Below are positions 31,401-39,956 of a DNA stretch of 64,000 nt, piece by piece (the first letter of the stretch is position 1; each line of letters begins with the position of its first letter). This DNA comes from Christensenellaceae bacterium (GTDB taxonomy: Bacteria > Bacillota > Clostridia > Christensenellales > DTU072): positions 64 to 64,063 of the forward strand of contig JAIRKT010000109.1 in assembly GCA_031259965.1 (NCBI GenBank), written 5' to 3'. A model generated the notes under the pieces. The model ran no database searches, had not been told where the DNA came from, and saw nothing but the letters and a program-made list of their open reading frames with translations. Position numbers and translations under genes: made by a program.

Positions 31401-32123
31401 CGCAAACAGCAGAAAAAAGAATGATGCGAAAGAGAATGGCAGGATGTTTTGTCTTGTAAAAATTTTGTAAGATTTGGGGATTTGCTCGTTTTTGATTATG
31501 TTTGCTTTTAGATTGACAGCTTTTGGCTTTAGACTAATAAGAATTGTCATTGTTAAAACCCCTAGAGAAGATAATGAAAAAAGCATAATTAACAATGCAA
31601 AAATGCTCGAATATCTCCATAATCCCATAAATAATATTGTGAACAGAAAAAATGAAATCAAAATGATCAATGGGTGCAAATAATTTTTATTAGTAGCATC
31701 GTGATTTTGATCAAGACTTAGCGTTTGGATACTTCCAATCAAACTAGAAGAAGAAAAGCCAAGAACAAATCCTATGGTATAACCGAAGTTTTTGACGAAG
31801 TAGTTAAGTGCAAGAAACCAACCCTCCTGACTATTATAAGTAGTGTTAATAGCAATAATTAAAGTAGCTAGCAATGATAAAAGCAAAAGAAAATCGGATA
31901 TTTGTTTTATTCGACTAGATAAAAATGGAAATAACAAATAGATAATATAAACTAGTATGATTGTTAGGTAAAATGTGATATTAATAGTGCCCAACGCAGA
32001 GACACCCCAAAAGAGTGATGTCTCGATTGGATTTAAAAGAACAACACCAAAAAGCAATATTATTGCTAGCGAAAATCCAGCGCTGACTAGAGAATAAATG
32101 ATGCGCGCATTCTTGTGTGCCAT
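28467..32123 (-). CDS. large polytopic membrane protein with C-terminal DUF4091 glycoside-hydrolase-like domain
   Basis: The N-terminal ~560 aa hold many hydrophobic segments. The C-terminal region 'DIYCPLSY...VWLYTCVQPFAPYANQF...GYWLWRSDY...IFIYYPDG...GIRFETATESIEEVELF' matches the DUF4091 pattern. An AAGGAG RBS favours the ATG at 32123; the ORF track uses a TTG at 32144. Confidence 0.7.
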   Translation of the reverse strand: MAHKNARIIYSLVSAGFSLAIILLFGVVLLNPIETSLFWGVSALGTINITFYLTIILVYIIYLLFPFLSSRIKQISDFLLLLSLLATLIIAINTTYNSQEGWFLALNYFVKNFGYTIGFVLGFSSSSLIGSIQTLSLDQNHDATNKNYLHPLIILISFFLFTILFMGLWRYSSIFALLIMLFSLSSLGVLTMTILISLKPKAVNLKANIIKNEQIPKSYKIFTRQNILPFSFASFFFLLFAGIGIYGIIDKNEILFFPGAPIPGTVRTFQIATVLAATLFVIAVIVLVSFELKKKPEKTDLKSAKTITRNLFNPVIRIFKSLFEMLGIIVGVYYFCIVIYLPIAFINIAIFGILGTLIYCGVHLLASKLISKNYSALVDKLLYSLGVLLFVICMFLLLNDNVTNGLQYDKYTNSMSNEWFPFKFILSSGHFFTMGLSLGLIISYNFKQRFFNDKKFNPSSGRVVGLILAFFLTGLMTVGFTHAITLLKGAGDWPPTYNMKISNIPFGEFFTTLFTCCFALAYVLEILSDIESFKPKQKVHIPLVSPATADQYVFLQPQVRHTTTFKNRILTTFNKRIFVSIIIFAVLLSSTVYLGFSFESSLERDLLASSSDFYIWTTDSYEKIMPSSYIPTNAYKSVDYAEIDVSKNEYGSLQIIWYAKQNSTLLNARIVSALSDDGSSLSELNIRYAAPLYDQSYPEVLQPVINTPLTKGNHTSFWFDFFSTENQNPGTYRAIIDFTYKNNKGATNSIEVNISVNVASYGLPSSSHYYYNLPWGETPYTESFYSHKRQFLNGAEIVEPLINNSWYDETSKTWDYTKPLSDSVKENVYKNWNVTVETGMDLWYAWIDLAIKSLDYGRPLIRLDYLTYIARNDSGIGNPTNWKGEKWTGNAWFESEREKLYSYYYFINDLLLSIDVNDETLADWVIVKWKDEWDQPQFFPSSPSGRLLERSELYKIYELEISEMVRAGKDAATAAGAARGIRLLANVNPVAANMDILFDYFDIYCPLSYAISDSLVQYCHENGKNVWLYTCVQPFAPYANQFAYNQLYETHITQWQVYTTRTEGYWLWRSDYKNHSNYFYGFNGYLDGIFIYYPDGNKPAEINENSFYTGIRFETATESIEEVELFIMLENILLSLKSSDVNNITKYNQILKDFNSKLRNLVKSMSEFTHDINEMRSFIKWTRETIAELYKDFFIDQEELFYEIINSKWNTFNNPFNF

Positions 32124-32363
32124 AGATATCTCCTTTATATACAATAAATGTAGGGTTCAGTTAAGATAGTTTTAACTAGTTAAAACAAAAAAGTTTAATA
32201 ATGATATAGAAAATTTGTGCGGGTAATTGTAGTAATATAAAAATTGCAAATCAATATTCAAGTGAAGCCTAATATTTATAGAGGAATCAGCAACATGATG
32301 AGCATTTTTAATTCGGTAAAATTAATTTAGGTGTTAGAGAAAATGCAATTAAAAGTCTGTCGG

Positions 32364-32876
32364 TCAATTGCTAAGAGAGTTTAGTGTTTCAATTGAGAGA
32401 ACAATTAATAGCATTTGTATTACATTGGCCTCATAGTTAAGGTTAAGCATAAAATGAGTGTCATCATCTAAATTAGGTACGATATTAGCAGACAATTCTG
32501 GACCCTCATAAATATCAAAAGAATAGTCACTAGGTTTACCCCAAATCGTTATATTGCCACGTGGAGAGAACTCAGGAATATTAAGTAAATACTTAGAGGA
32601 CTCCTTTGCATTGACTTCCCTAGTGATATAAAAAAGGCCATTTTTATCACGTTCTATAATTATGCAAGTAGGAATATCATTTTCCTGGACATGAGCTATT
32701 GAAATTCTAGCAATGCTAGGTGAATATGTAACTTTTGCAAGTTGTTGATTACGACTATTAGTAACGATCAAACCATTCTTTATATGCGATAATTTACAAA
32801 TCGCTTCACCAGTGATTGATGTTAATGTGTAATCAGTATTCAAATCACAGATGTTTTTTTGAAGTTTAAATACCAT
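32364..32876 (-). CDS. LURP-one/YxjI-like (tubby C-terminal-like) protein
   Basis: ~170 aa beta-rich protein whose 'FKLQKNICDLNTDYTLTSITGEAICKL...NSRNQQLAKV' resembles YxjI/DUF567. An AGGA RBS favours the second ATG. Confidence 0.4.
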   Translation of the reverse strand: MVFKLQKNICDLNTDYTLTSITGEAICKLSHIKNGLIVTNSRNQQLAKVTYSPSIARISIAHVQENDIPTCIIIERDKNGLFYITREVNAKESSKYLLNIPEFSPRGNITIWGKPSDYSFDIYEGPELSANIVPNLDDDTHFMLNLNYEANVIQMLLIVLSIETLNSLSN

Positions 32877-32914
32877 AGAGAGTCCTACCATCGAAACATA
32901 TTATATATTATAAT

Positions 32915-32942
32915 AATATACTAAAAAGACGCTCGTTGTCAA
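32915..32942 (-). promoter_or_regulatory. sigma-A type promoter of the YxjI-like gene
   Basis: The minus strand reads TTGACA-16 nt-TATATT. Confidence 0.5.
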
Positions 32943-33366
32943 TATAATACCGAGATTAATTTAAAAATTAATTTAAAAATTAATATAAGTGTATAAAAAA
33001 AGCACAATTCATCAAATATTACATTCATTCAATAACAGACAATACTAAAATCTCTTCTGGTAAAATATTCACAACACAAAACCATTGACTATTGTTAGGT
33101 TGCAATAAAGATTATATGCGTAAAAACCCACAGTCACTAATACAATGCCGTAAACAACATATGCAAATTTAATATTTAAGTTTGAAAATGCAAGTGTTTA
33201 AGTTTGAAATTGAGTTTCGTTTAATAAGAAACAGAAATGCTAATCGTTCTTACTCAAATTATAGCAAACCTGAAAATATTCATGAAAAGCAGCATCTACA
33301 ATCGCTAAATGGAAGTGAAGGGTTTAAAACACACTAGTAAAATATTGGCTTGCTTATAATGCACAG

Positions 33367-34164
33367 TTATATGTAGACTTTTACCATTTCATATGAATAT
33401 ACATTTTCACTTGTTATAATGAAATAAGTGCCATCGAACCATTCTACTGTTATGGTTTTTGTGTAAAATTGTGGATTTTTGTTTGCATAAATATTACAGA
33501 TTTCTAGCGTATGTTTGTTCGAGAGATAATTCTTTAAGGCGCGTGCCTCTATATAAGTTACATCGTTTTTAGCCTGTATAATCACAACTACACTAACATC
33601 GACACTTGTCACTGCTGATAAATCTATATGTGTAGAAGTAAAATTGTATTCATCATTGACATTTTCTTTCGATTCAATTTGGGAAATTGCCAATGTGTCA
33701 TTAAATTTAATCCTTATAGTTGCCTTTATTGGTATTTCATAATAATCAATTTTAGATGTTTTAAATTCAATATAGTCGTTATCATTTCTCCTGTACGTGA
33801 TTTTATAAGCATCTTCCATCATATTAATAGCAAGTATTATAACAGAATAATCAAACGAAATATTAGTTAGTTCTGTAGAATATATTAATTGATTTTTTGG
33901 TACAGTGTCACCAACAAAAACATGAATTTCTGCTGATAAAGGAATTAATAATTCATTAACAGCCTCTTTTATAACTGTAGCTGTAAAATTTTTTGTTTTT
34001 TCTAACCTCCCTTTGTGAATGACAGAATGGTAATTTTTTAAATCGGTTTTTGTTGAAAATTCATAGCTTTTTGGAAGGCTTTTATTATGCAAAGATATTG
34101 TAATTAGAATTAGTATAGCAATCGACAATAGTGGTGCAAACAAATAAATAAGAATCTTTTTCAT
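33367..34164 (-). CDS. membrane-anchored periplasmic-adaptor-like protein (second copy)
   Basis: N-terminal TM helix. The lipoyl-like 'IHVFVGDTVPKNQLIY' and beta-barrel-like C-terminus resemble YknX/MacA-type adaptors. Its ATG abuts the permease stop (TAAATG). Confidence 0.5.
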   Translation of the reverse strand: MKKILIYLFAPLLSIAILILITISLHNKSLPKSYEFSTKTDLKNYHSVIHKGRLEKTKNFTATVIKEAVNELLIPLSAEIHVFVGDTVPKNQLIYSTELTNISFDYSVIILAINMMEDAYKITYRRNDNDYIEFKTSKIDYYEIPIKATIRIKFNDTLAISQIESKENVNDEYNFTSTHIDLSAVTSVDVSVVVIIQAKNDVTYIEARALKNYLSNKHTLEICNIYANKNPQFYTKTITVEWFDGTYFIITSENVYSYEMVKVYI

Positions 34165-35460
34165 TTATATAAACCTCAATGCATCAGTTATTTGGGTTTT
34201 GCGCGCAATTAATGCAGGTATTAACGATGTTAAAAGAATAATTGAATTTGAAACAAAAAATACAATAATATTTGGTGTCATGCTAGGTGCAACAAAAATA
34301 TATGCGTCTTTTATACTATCTACTACAATGAACACTTGATTAATAAAATTTGCACATAAGATTCCTATTATTGTTCCAAATAAACCAATAATGAAGTATT
34401 CGAGCATAAATTGCATCATTATGTAAAAATTATTAGATCCTATGGCCTTCCTGATTCCAATTTCTTCAATCCGCTCTTTAATAGAGAACAACATGAAAAT
34501 ATTGAGGGCTATTATTTCACTTATGATAATAACAATTACAAAGGTTCCATATGATGATTTAAATGATTCCAGGGACTCATTATATTGTTTCTCATGATCC
34601 TTAAAAGAAAAAAATGAGATTTCCGAGTTTGTGAAAAGCTTATATTCTCCATCTATATATTTTTCGTTGTAGAATATACTTTCTAAAGAAAGATTGTTTG
34701 TATAAAATATTGAAAAATCATAGTTGATTGATTTGTTGGATATATTTTGTTCAGGTGTGTATATGCCAATATTTATATTATCTTTATATTGATTGATATA
34801 ATCAGAATAATCACTTTGCATTCCAAATGAGTCATCGATAACGCCGATAATCTTATACGCATTTGTCTGAGTGGCAGATTCATAATCCACCCTGACTAAC
34901 ATCCCCAATGGGTTTTCTGTGCCAAAAAGAATTTTGGCAGTTGTTTTATTAATGATTGCAGAACTCTCAAGTCCTTTAATTTCTGCATCATTAAATGAAC
35001 GCCCATACGCCAAAGATGATAAATAAACGCCTCCGTTGTTTGAAAAATCATATATATAACCTGACAAAAAATTTTCTTTAACTCCAATCGGACAGACTGA
35101 TAAGTTTTTATTTTCTTCAATATATCCTATCGTGTCAAGTCTGCCAACTATAACGTTTATGTCAGAAAAGTTAGTTTTAAAATTTATTATGTCTACTGGA
35201 TTTAATTTGCCTTTTGCAACAACAACGTTTTGAGGATAATTGCTGTAGTTAAGTTGCAACTGTTTATATTGCAAATCAAACCTCAGTACGGCTATACAAA
35301 AGACGAGGGAGGAGATTACAATTCCTAAAAATGTCAATAAAACCCTGGTTCTATTTGATAATACAGATGTTGCTACATGTTTAAAAAACATTCCATGAGT
35401 AATTTTAGGACCATTTCTCTTATTCTTATATTCTTTTAATTTGACCAGCATTAATTTCAT
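34165..35460 (-). CDS. MacB/FtsX-type ABC transporter permease
   Basis: 'SNRTRVLLTFLGIVIS' N-terminal TM, a large extracytoplasmic domain, and a C-terminal FtsX 3-TM bundle with 'EEIGIRKAIGS'. The start is ambiguous among 35460, 35451 and 35391. Confidence 0.85.
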   Translation of the reverse strand: MKLMLVKLKEYKNKRNGPKITHGMFFKHVATSVLSNRTRVLLTFLGIVISSLVFCIAVLRFDLQYKQLQLNYSNYPQNVVVAKGKLNPVDIINFKTNFSDINVIVGRLDTIGYIEENKNLSVCPIGVKENFLSGYIYDFSNNGGVYLSSLAYGRSFNDAEIKGLESSAIINKTTAKILFGTENPLGMLVRVDYESATQTNAYKIIGVIDDSFGMQSDYSDYINQYKDNINIGIYTPEQNISNKSINYDFSIFYTNNLSLESIFYNEKYIDGEYKLFTNSEISFFSFKDHEKQYNESLESFKSSYGTFVIVIIISEIIALNIFMLFSIKERIEEIGIRKAIGSNNFYIMMQFMLEYFIIGLFGTIIGILCANFINQVFIVVDSIKDAYIFVAPSMTPNIIVFFVSNSIILLTSLIPALIARKTQITDALRFI

Positions 35461-36085
35461 ATGTAGTTGCACCTTCATTCTTAAGTTCCTCGACAGTTTT
35501 AAAATCATGACTTATAAAAACTATCGTTTTTCCGTTTTTTTGTTCTTCTTTTAAAAATTGAATTATTTCCTGTGAATTTTTGTTGTCCAAATTACCAGTT
35601 GGTTCGTCACATAAAATATATTTTGGATTGTTTATTACTGCTCTCACAAAAGCCACCCTTTGCTTTTCTCCACCACTTAAATATTTGCATTTTGTGTTGA
35701 TTATTGAATCTAATCCAAATTTACCAAGCATGTTATTAATTCTTGTTTCCACATCGGCATTTTTATTTGCATATATTAACGGAATCTTGACATTTTCAGC
35801 TACGGTTAATTCCTCTAATAAGTGAAAAGTCTGAAACACAAATCCAAATGTGGAGGACCGAACCTTAGCTCTGTCAATGTTATTTTTGTATACATTTGTT
35901 CCATCTAAAAAGTACTCACCAAAAGTAGGCAGATCAAAGAGCGCTAATAAATTTAATAATGTGCTTTTCCCTGCGCCTGAGTTTCCAACGATACAGACAA
36001 ATTCACCTTCATTTATTTCGAGGTTTATACCGCTGAGGACGATTTTTTTACCAAATGCTTTATGAATATTTACTAGCTTTATCAT
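35426..36085 (-). CDS. ABC transporter ATP-binding protein (MacB/LolD type)
   Basis: Walker A 'GNSGAGKST', signature 'LSGGEKQR', Walker B 'ILCDEPTGNLD'. The start at ATG 36085 follows a GGAG RBS. Confidence 0.93.
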   Translation of the reverse strand: MIKLVNIHKAFGKKIVLSGINLEINEGEFVCIVGNSGAGKSTLLNLLALFDLPTFGEYFLDGTNVYKNNIDRAKVRSSTFGFVFQTFHLLEELTVAENVKIPLIYANKNADVETRINNMLGKFGLDSIINTKCKYLSGGEKQRVAFVRAVINNPKYILCDEPTGNLDNKNSQEIIQFLKEEQKNGKTIVFISHDFKTVEELKNEGATTYEINAGQIKRI

Positions 36086-36086
36086 A

Positions 36087-36941
36087 TTAAGTCTCCAATA
36101 TGCAAATTGAAATGATTTCGCTTGGATATTCATAATCAAACTTAATACCTAGCCTAGTGTCTCCATCAAATATTGGACTAAAACTTACATACTCAAAAGT
36201 CCCATCACGTTTTTTTATGAAAGCTTTATATTTTCCATTTGGCAGCAGTGATAATTGTTTTGTTATTTCAATCGACACATTGAAACATTTTTGATCTGAT
36301 TGTGAAACTAACACTACTGCGTTTGAATCAGCTAAAATAATTAAATTGCTTAGATCAATATTTTCAACAAATTTTAGCCTGACTTCTAGTTGCGATTCTA
36401 CTAAATTAATTGTTGCACTGCTAATAAATGCCTCAAATTCTAAGAGATTCACATATAATTTATGCTTATCGCCAACCTTAACAGTACGCAAATAATTTTT
36501 TCCTAAATTTATTTTAAATTCTATACTATAATAATCAAAAATAGATATATAGTATGTACTCGAGTCATTGTTAAAATAAATATCTACAACTATACCTATC
36601 GTATTTGAATAAATTTTGTCGTCTTCATTGTTTTTGCCAAGTATTGAACTTTTGGTTACATAATCTAATAGAGCAACATCAATATTTTTTACTTGATACT
36701 GGACAATAGATGCATCAGAATATATTATATTTGCATTCTCCAATTCTGTTTTAGTAATCAATGAATTTTCTACAAAAAACTCATCATAATTGCCCATTAT
36801 AGTTGAATCATTTTCCAATTCATAATTGTCAAGTGATTTAAGTTTGAATGAGTTTGTATATATGTAAACACCAAGTCCAGTAGCGACTAATAACAATACA
36901 ATTATACTAAAATATCCTATATGGATTAATTTGTTTTTCAA
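36087..36941 (-). CDS. membrane-anchored periplasmic-adaptor-like protein (first copy)
   Basis: N-terminal TM helix and HlyD/YknX-like beta-barrel pattern 'VKVGDKHKLYVN...' and 'AVVLVSQSD...'. It has a TTG start with an AGGAGG RBS, and its stop lies 1 nt before the ATPase ATG. Confidence 0.5.
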   Translation of the reverse strand: MKNKLIHIGYFSIIVLLLVATGLGVYIYTNSFKLKSLDNYELENDSTIMGNYDEFFVENSLITKTELENANIIYSDASIVQYQVKNIDVALLDYVTKSSILGKNNEDDKIYSNTIGIVVDIYFNNDSSTYYISIFDYYSIEFKINLGKNYLRTVKVGDKHKLYVNLLEFEAFISSATINLVESQLEVRLKFVENIDLSNLIILADSNAVVLVSQSDQKCFNVSIEITKQLSLLPNGKYKAFIKKRDGTFEYVSFSPIFDGDTRLGIKFDYEYPSEIISICILET

Positions 36942-36980
36942 TGAGTAAACCTCCTAACATAATGATAGTATCTATAAATT

Positions 36981-38411
36981 TTAAGTTAAACATAGAGTTT
37001 TCTCTTTACATTTTTGTCGAATGGTTCTATATTTAGTAATACAAAAAAATGTGATGATTTGTAACATAAAAAACAAAACTGGTATGATAATAAAATTTAA
37101 TGGGTAAAAAACAATACCATTTTTTACATACGAAAATGCAGTACCCCATGATTCGAGGAATGGGAAGATAAATTGCTTATACAAAAAACCATTGTAATAT
37201 ATTTCAACATTAAATGGTTTATCCAGGTGATACTCTAAATAGCCAAAAACATATCCCAAAACTGCAAATGGAATTCTAATTAAGGATAGCAAGACAGAAC
37301 TCTTTAGTACCATTTTAAAGTTGTCAAATTTTTCAAATCCAAGAACAGAAAAACCTACTGGTATCATGAAACTATGGAACAGTAATGAATCGATATTCAT
37401 GTATGAAAAGAAATCTGGCATGCTATGCGCGCCTGTATATGAAATCATGTATGCTATTGCTGAGGGTGCTGAGAAGAAGACAACTATATAACCGAATATT
37501 TTAATTTTAAATTTCAAGTATAGTAATATAGCAATTATTATAAATCCACAAGCAGATTCAAGCATAATCATTAATCCAAAAGGATTTATGAAGAAAAAAG
37601 TGGCACGTCTCAAATACGCAATTAAAGCTAAACCCAATACTGAAACATAACACATAGATCTTTTGTCTTCACAATATTTAAAGATATAGAGAAGATAGAT
37701 TATGCTAAAAACTAAAATAAAAAGCATTAGAGACCAATACGTAACATCGAATATTTTAGTTTGGTGTTTTGCAAAGTATCCCCAAAAATCAATTCTTCCT
37801 TCGTCAACCGATATAAGATTTGTTCTAGATAAAAGAACAGATGGGAAAGATATTATACAAAGAAAAACAAACTCCACGCATTGTTTAAAACTAATAGTCT
37901 GTCTTCCTTTAATAGCTGAGTAAAAGCGGTATGCCAACAATGAGACATATAGTGGCATGAAAATTGAGTAGGCATACATTGATACATTATTAAGCCATTT
38001 TGTTTCAGCGTCTGTATTGTATAGAACGATTTCAGGATTGAGAAATTGATAACAGGCTGCCACTAGAAATATTATATATACTGGAGAAACTTGCCTTCTA
38101 GACCTTAGTAAATCAACAGCTACCCAAATAGCACCCAGAAAATTCAGATACATTAAAACAAATGTTAATATTGACATATAAAACTGTAAATAGTTATTCG
38201 TCATAAACACTACTTGTATCATTATAGAGGGGTTTAAAATATATAAAAATAGAGATATTAGCAAAGAATAACTCAACAAATTTATTAAAATTTTTTTATT
38301 TCTAAAGATTGTAAGTAGAACTAATAAAATAATTGTGCCAACTATATAAATCACCATATAATTTGTGTAATCAGTTAATCTTTTAATTGTATTTGTTATA
38401 TAAATATTCAT
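36981..38411 (-). CDS. multi-pass integral membrane protein, unknown family
   Basis: 476 aa, almost entirely hydrophobic segments (at least ten by eye). No motif recognised. Confidence 0.7.
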   Translation of the reverse strand: MNIYITNTIKRLTDYTNYMVIYIVGTIILLVLLTIFRNKKILINLLSYSLLISLFLYILNPSIMIQVVFMTNNYLQFYMSILTFVLMYLNFLGAIWVAVDLLRSRRQVSPVYIIFLVAACYQFLNPEIVLYNTDAETKWLNNVSMYAYSIFMPLYVSLLAYRFYSAIKGRQTISFKQCVEFVFLCIISFPSVLLSRTNLISVDEGRIDFWGYFAKHQTKIFDVTYWSLMLFILVFSIIYLLYIFKYCEDKRSMCYVSVLGLALIAYLRRATFFFINPFGLMIMLESACGFIIIAILLYLKFKIKIFGYIVVFFSAPSAIAYMISYTGAHSMPDFFSYMNIDSLLFHSFMIPVGFSVLGFEKFDNFKMVLKSSVLLSLIRIPFAVLGYVFGYLEYHLDKPFNVEIYYNGFLYKQFIFPFLESWGTAFSYVKNGIVFYPLNFIIIPVLFFMLQIITFFCITKYRTIRQKCKEKTLCLT

Positions 38412-38488
38412 AAGGTCCTAAATTTTTAATTGATTAATCTTTAATTTTTTTCCAAAAAGACACGCACTCAAATTTGAATTTGAAGATA

Positions 38489-38686
38489 TCAAATATTTCG
38501 AAGCAATATTGAAATAGAAATAGTAATATTCCAGAGATAGTCTTTAAACCACAATTTTTCAGAATAACATATTGAATTATCATTTTTTCCAAGTAAAACA
38601 ATCACAGTTATATCTTTATTATTTATGTTGATAAAAGAAGCAAGCTCACCAGAACAAAAGATAAAACTATTACTCTTGAGAGACAT
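38489..38686 (-). CDS. small hypothetical protein (65 aa)
   Basis: An ORF only, with a weak AAGGAA about 10 nt upstream. It lies between the lipoprotein and membrane protein genes. Confidence 0.25.
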   Translation of the reverse strand: MSLKSNSFIFCSGELASFININNKDITVIVLLGKNDNSICYSEKLWFKDYLWNITISISILLRNI

Positions 38687-38894
38687 GCATATCTTTTCCT
38701 TGTTAAAAACCTCATGTAATTATCTTATTAAAACATTTTACTTTAAAATTCATTGTAAAAATGATTAAAGTCATTTTTTAGATGCTTCTGACAATAGTTA
38801 AAATAAAAAACAAAATCACACAAATTTTCAATTATCATGTGCTTCTGTAAAAAATTGTTAACAAAATAATTTTACAAGATTAATTTTAAAGTTT

Positions 38895-39776
38895 TCAAAT
38901 TTGTTTTATAGGTGAATACAAAATGCCTTTGTCAAAGTTTCCGGAAATCATGTCTAAATCCGAGTACCAAAATGTATTATATTCCTTATTAATTGTTACA
39001 TCAAAAATCAAGGATGCTGAGGTAAAATAATATGGAACATCTGAATCTCTAATTCCAATGTAAAAAGAATATTCAGTATTTGCTTTTAATTCCATATCTG
39101 GTTCATATACTATTGCGTTTTTTATGTCATCATGGCCAGCACTAAACGCTATTGCAACAAGAGGCATATTGTCTGCGGCTAAGTATATATTATTTACATT
39201 AGCAACCACAAACGGATGCACTTTTAGATAACATCGAATAAGTGTCATGTTTTGTTCATGTGCCATCGGTATAGTGCCCATCCAGTTGGGATTGTTTTCG
39301 ATATTTGGTTCTACGTATTCAAATATAATATTTACGTTAAAAAAATGTTCTACATCATCAATTATAGTAATAACTTTATTTGCAATTAATGGAGAATATA
39401 ATTCACTATAATAAAGATTCATTGAAATAGAATATCGAAAGTCCCCTGCATTAATAAGTTCATATGCACTGTTGCGAAGATGTTGAGACATTAATAGATT
39501 TTTAATTTGAACATCTAACAATTCATCATCCTTATATAACATAAAAGAATTAACAACATTTAATGCTTTATTTGATATGATACTAAAAACTAAATAAGCT
39601 GTATCTATTGAGGGTTTAGTAACAAAATTTTTTTGTGAAAGGTATATGATTTCTGAGTTTTCACCAACAAATATTGCGGCATCAGCATGCTCGTTATTTG
39701 TATTAGCACAAGAAATTAGCATGTTCATGTAAAAAACCAACAAAACGATAGACACAATAACTAAATATTTTTTCAT
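38895..39776 (-). CDS. lipoprotein, unknown family
   Basis: Signal peptide with lipobox 'MLISC'. GGAGAC RBS. No recognised domain. Confidence 0.7.
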   Translation of the reverse strand: MKKYLVIVSIVLLVFYMNMLISCANTNNEHADAAIFVGENSEIIYLSQKNFVTKPSIDTAYLVFSIISNKALNVVNSFMLYKDDELLDVQIKNLLMSQHLRNSAYELINAGDFRYSISMNLYYSELYSPLIANKVITIIDDVEHFFNVNIIFEYVEPNIENNPNWMGTIPMAHEQNMTLIRCYLKVHPFVVANVNNIYLAADNMPLVAIAFSAGHDDIKNAIVYEPDMELKANTEYSFYIGIRDSDVPYYFTSASLIFDVTINKEYNTFWYSDLDMISGNFDKGILYSPIKQI

Positions 39777-39956
39777 AATTAAAAGTCTCCAAAATATTTT
39801 ATTAATCTATAAATACCAAGCAAAATTTCTCAGTAATTTCCGAATGCACTATTACATTTGTAAAAACGGGAGATAAAATTTCTAAGACACGTGAATCTGA
39901 TAAATTAAATTGTCCATGTGATAAAGTCCTGCTTGTAGAAAATATTGATAATTCAG

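Noticed and set aside
32955-32984. Tandem 12-mer ATTAATTTAAAA, about 2.5 copies.
   Set aside because: A short, pure-AT, low-complexity repeat in a spacer. It is too short and irregular to be a CRISPR array or an iteron, and is likely slippage.
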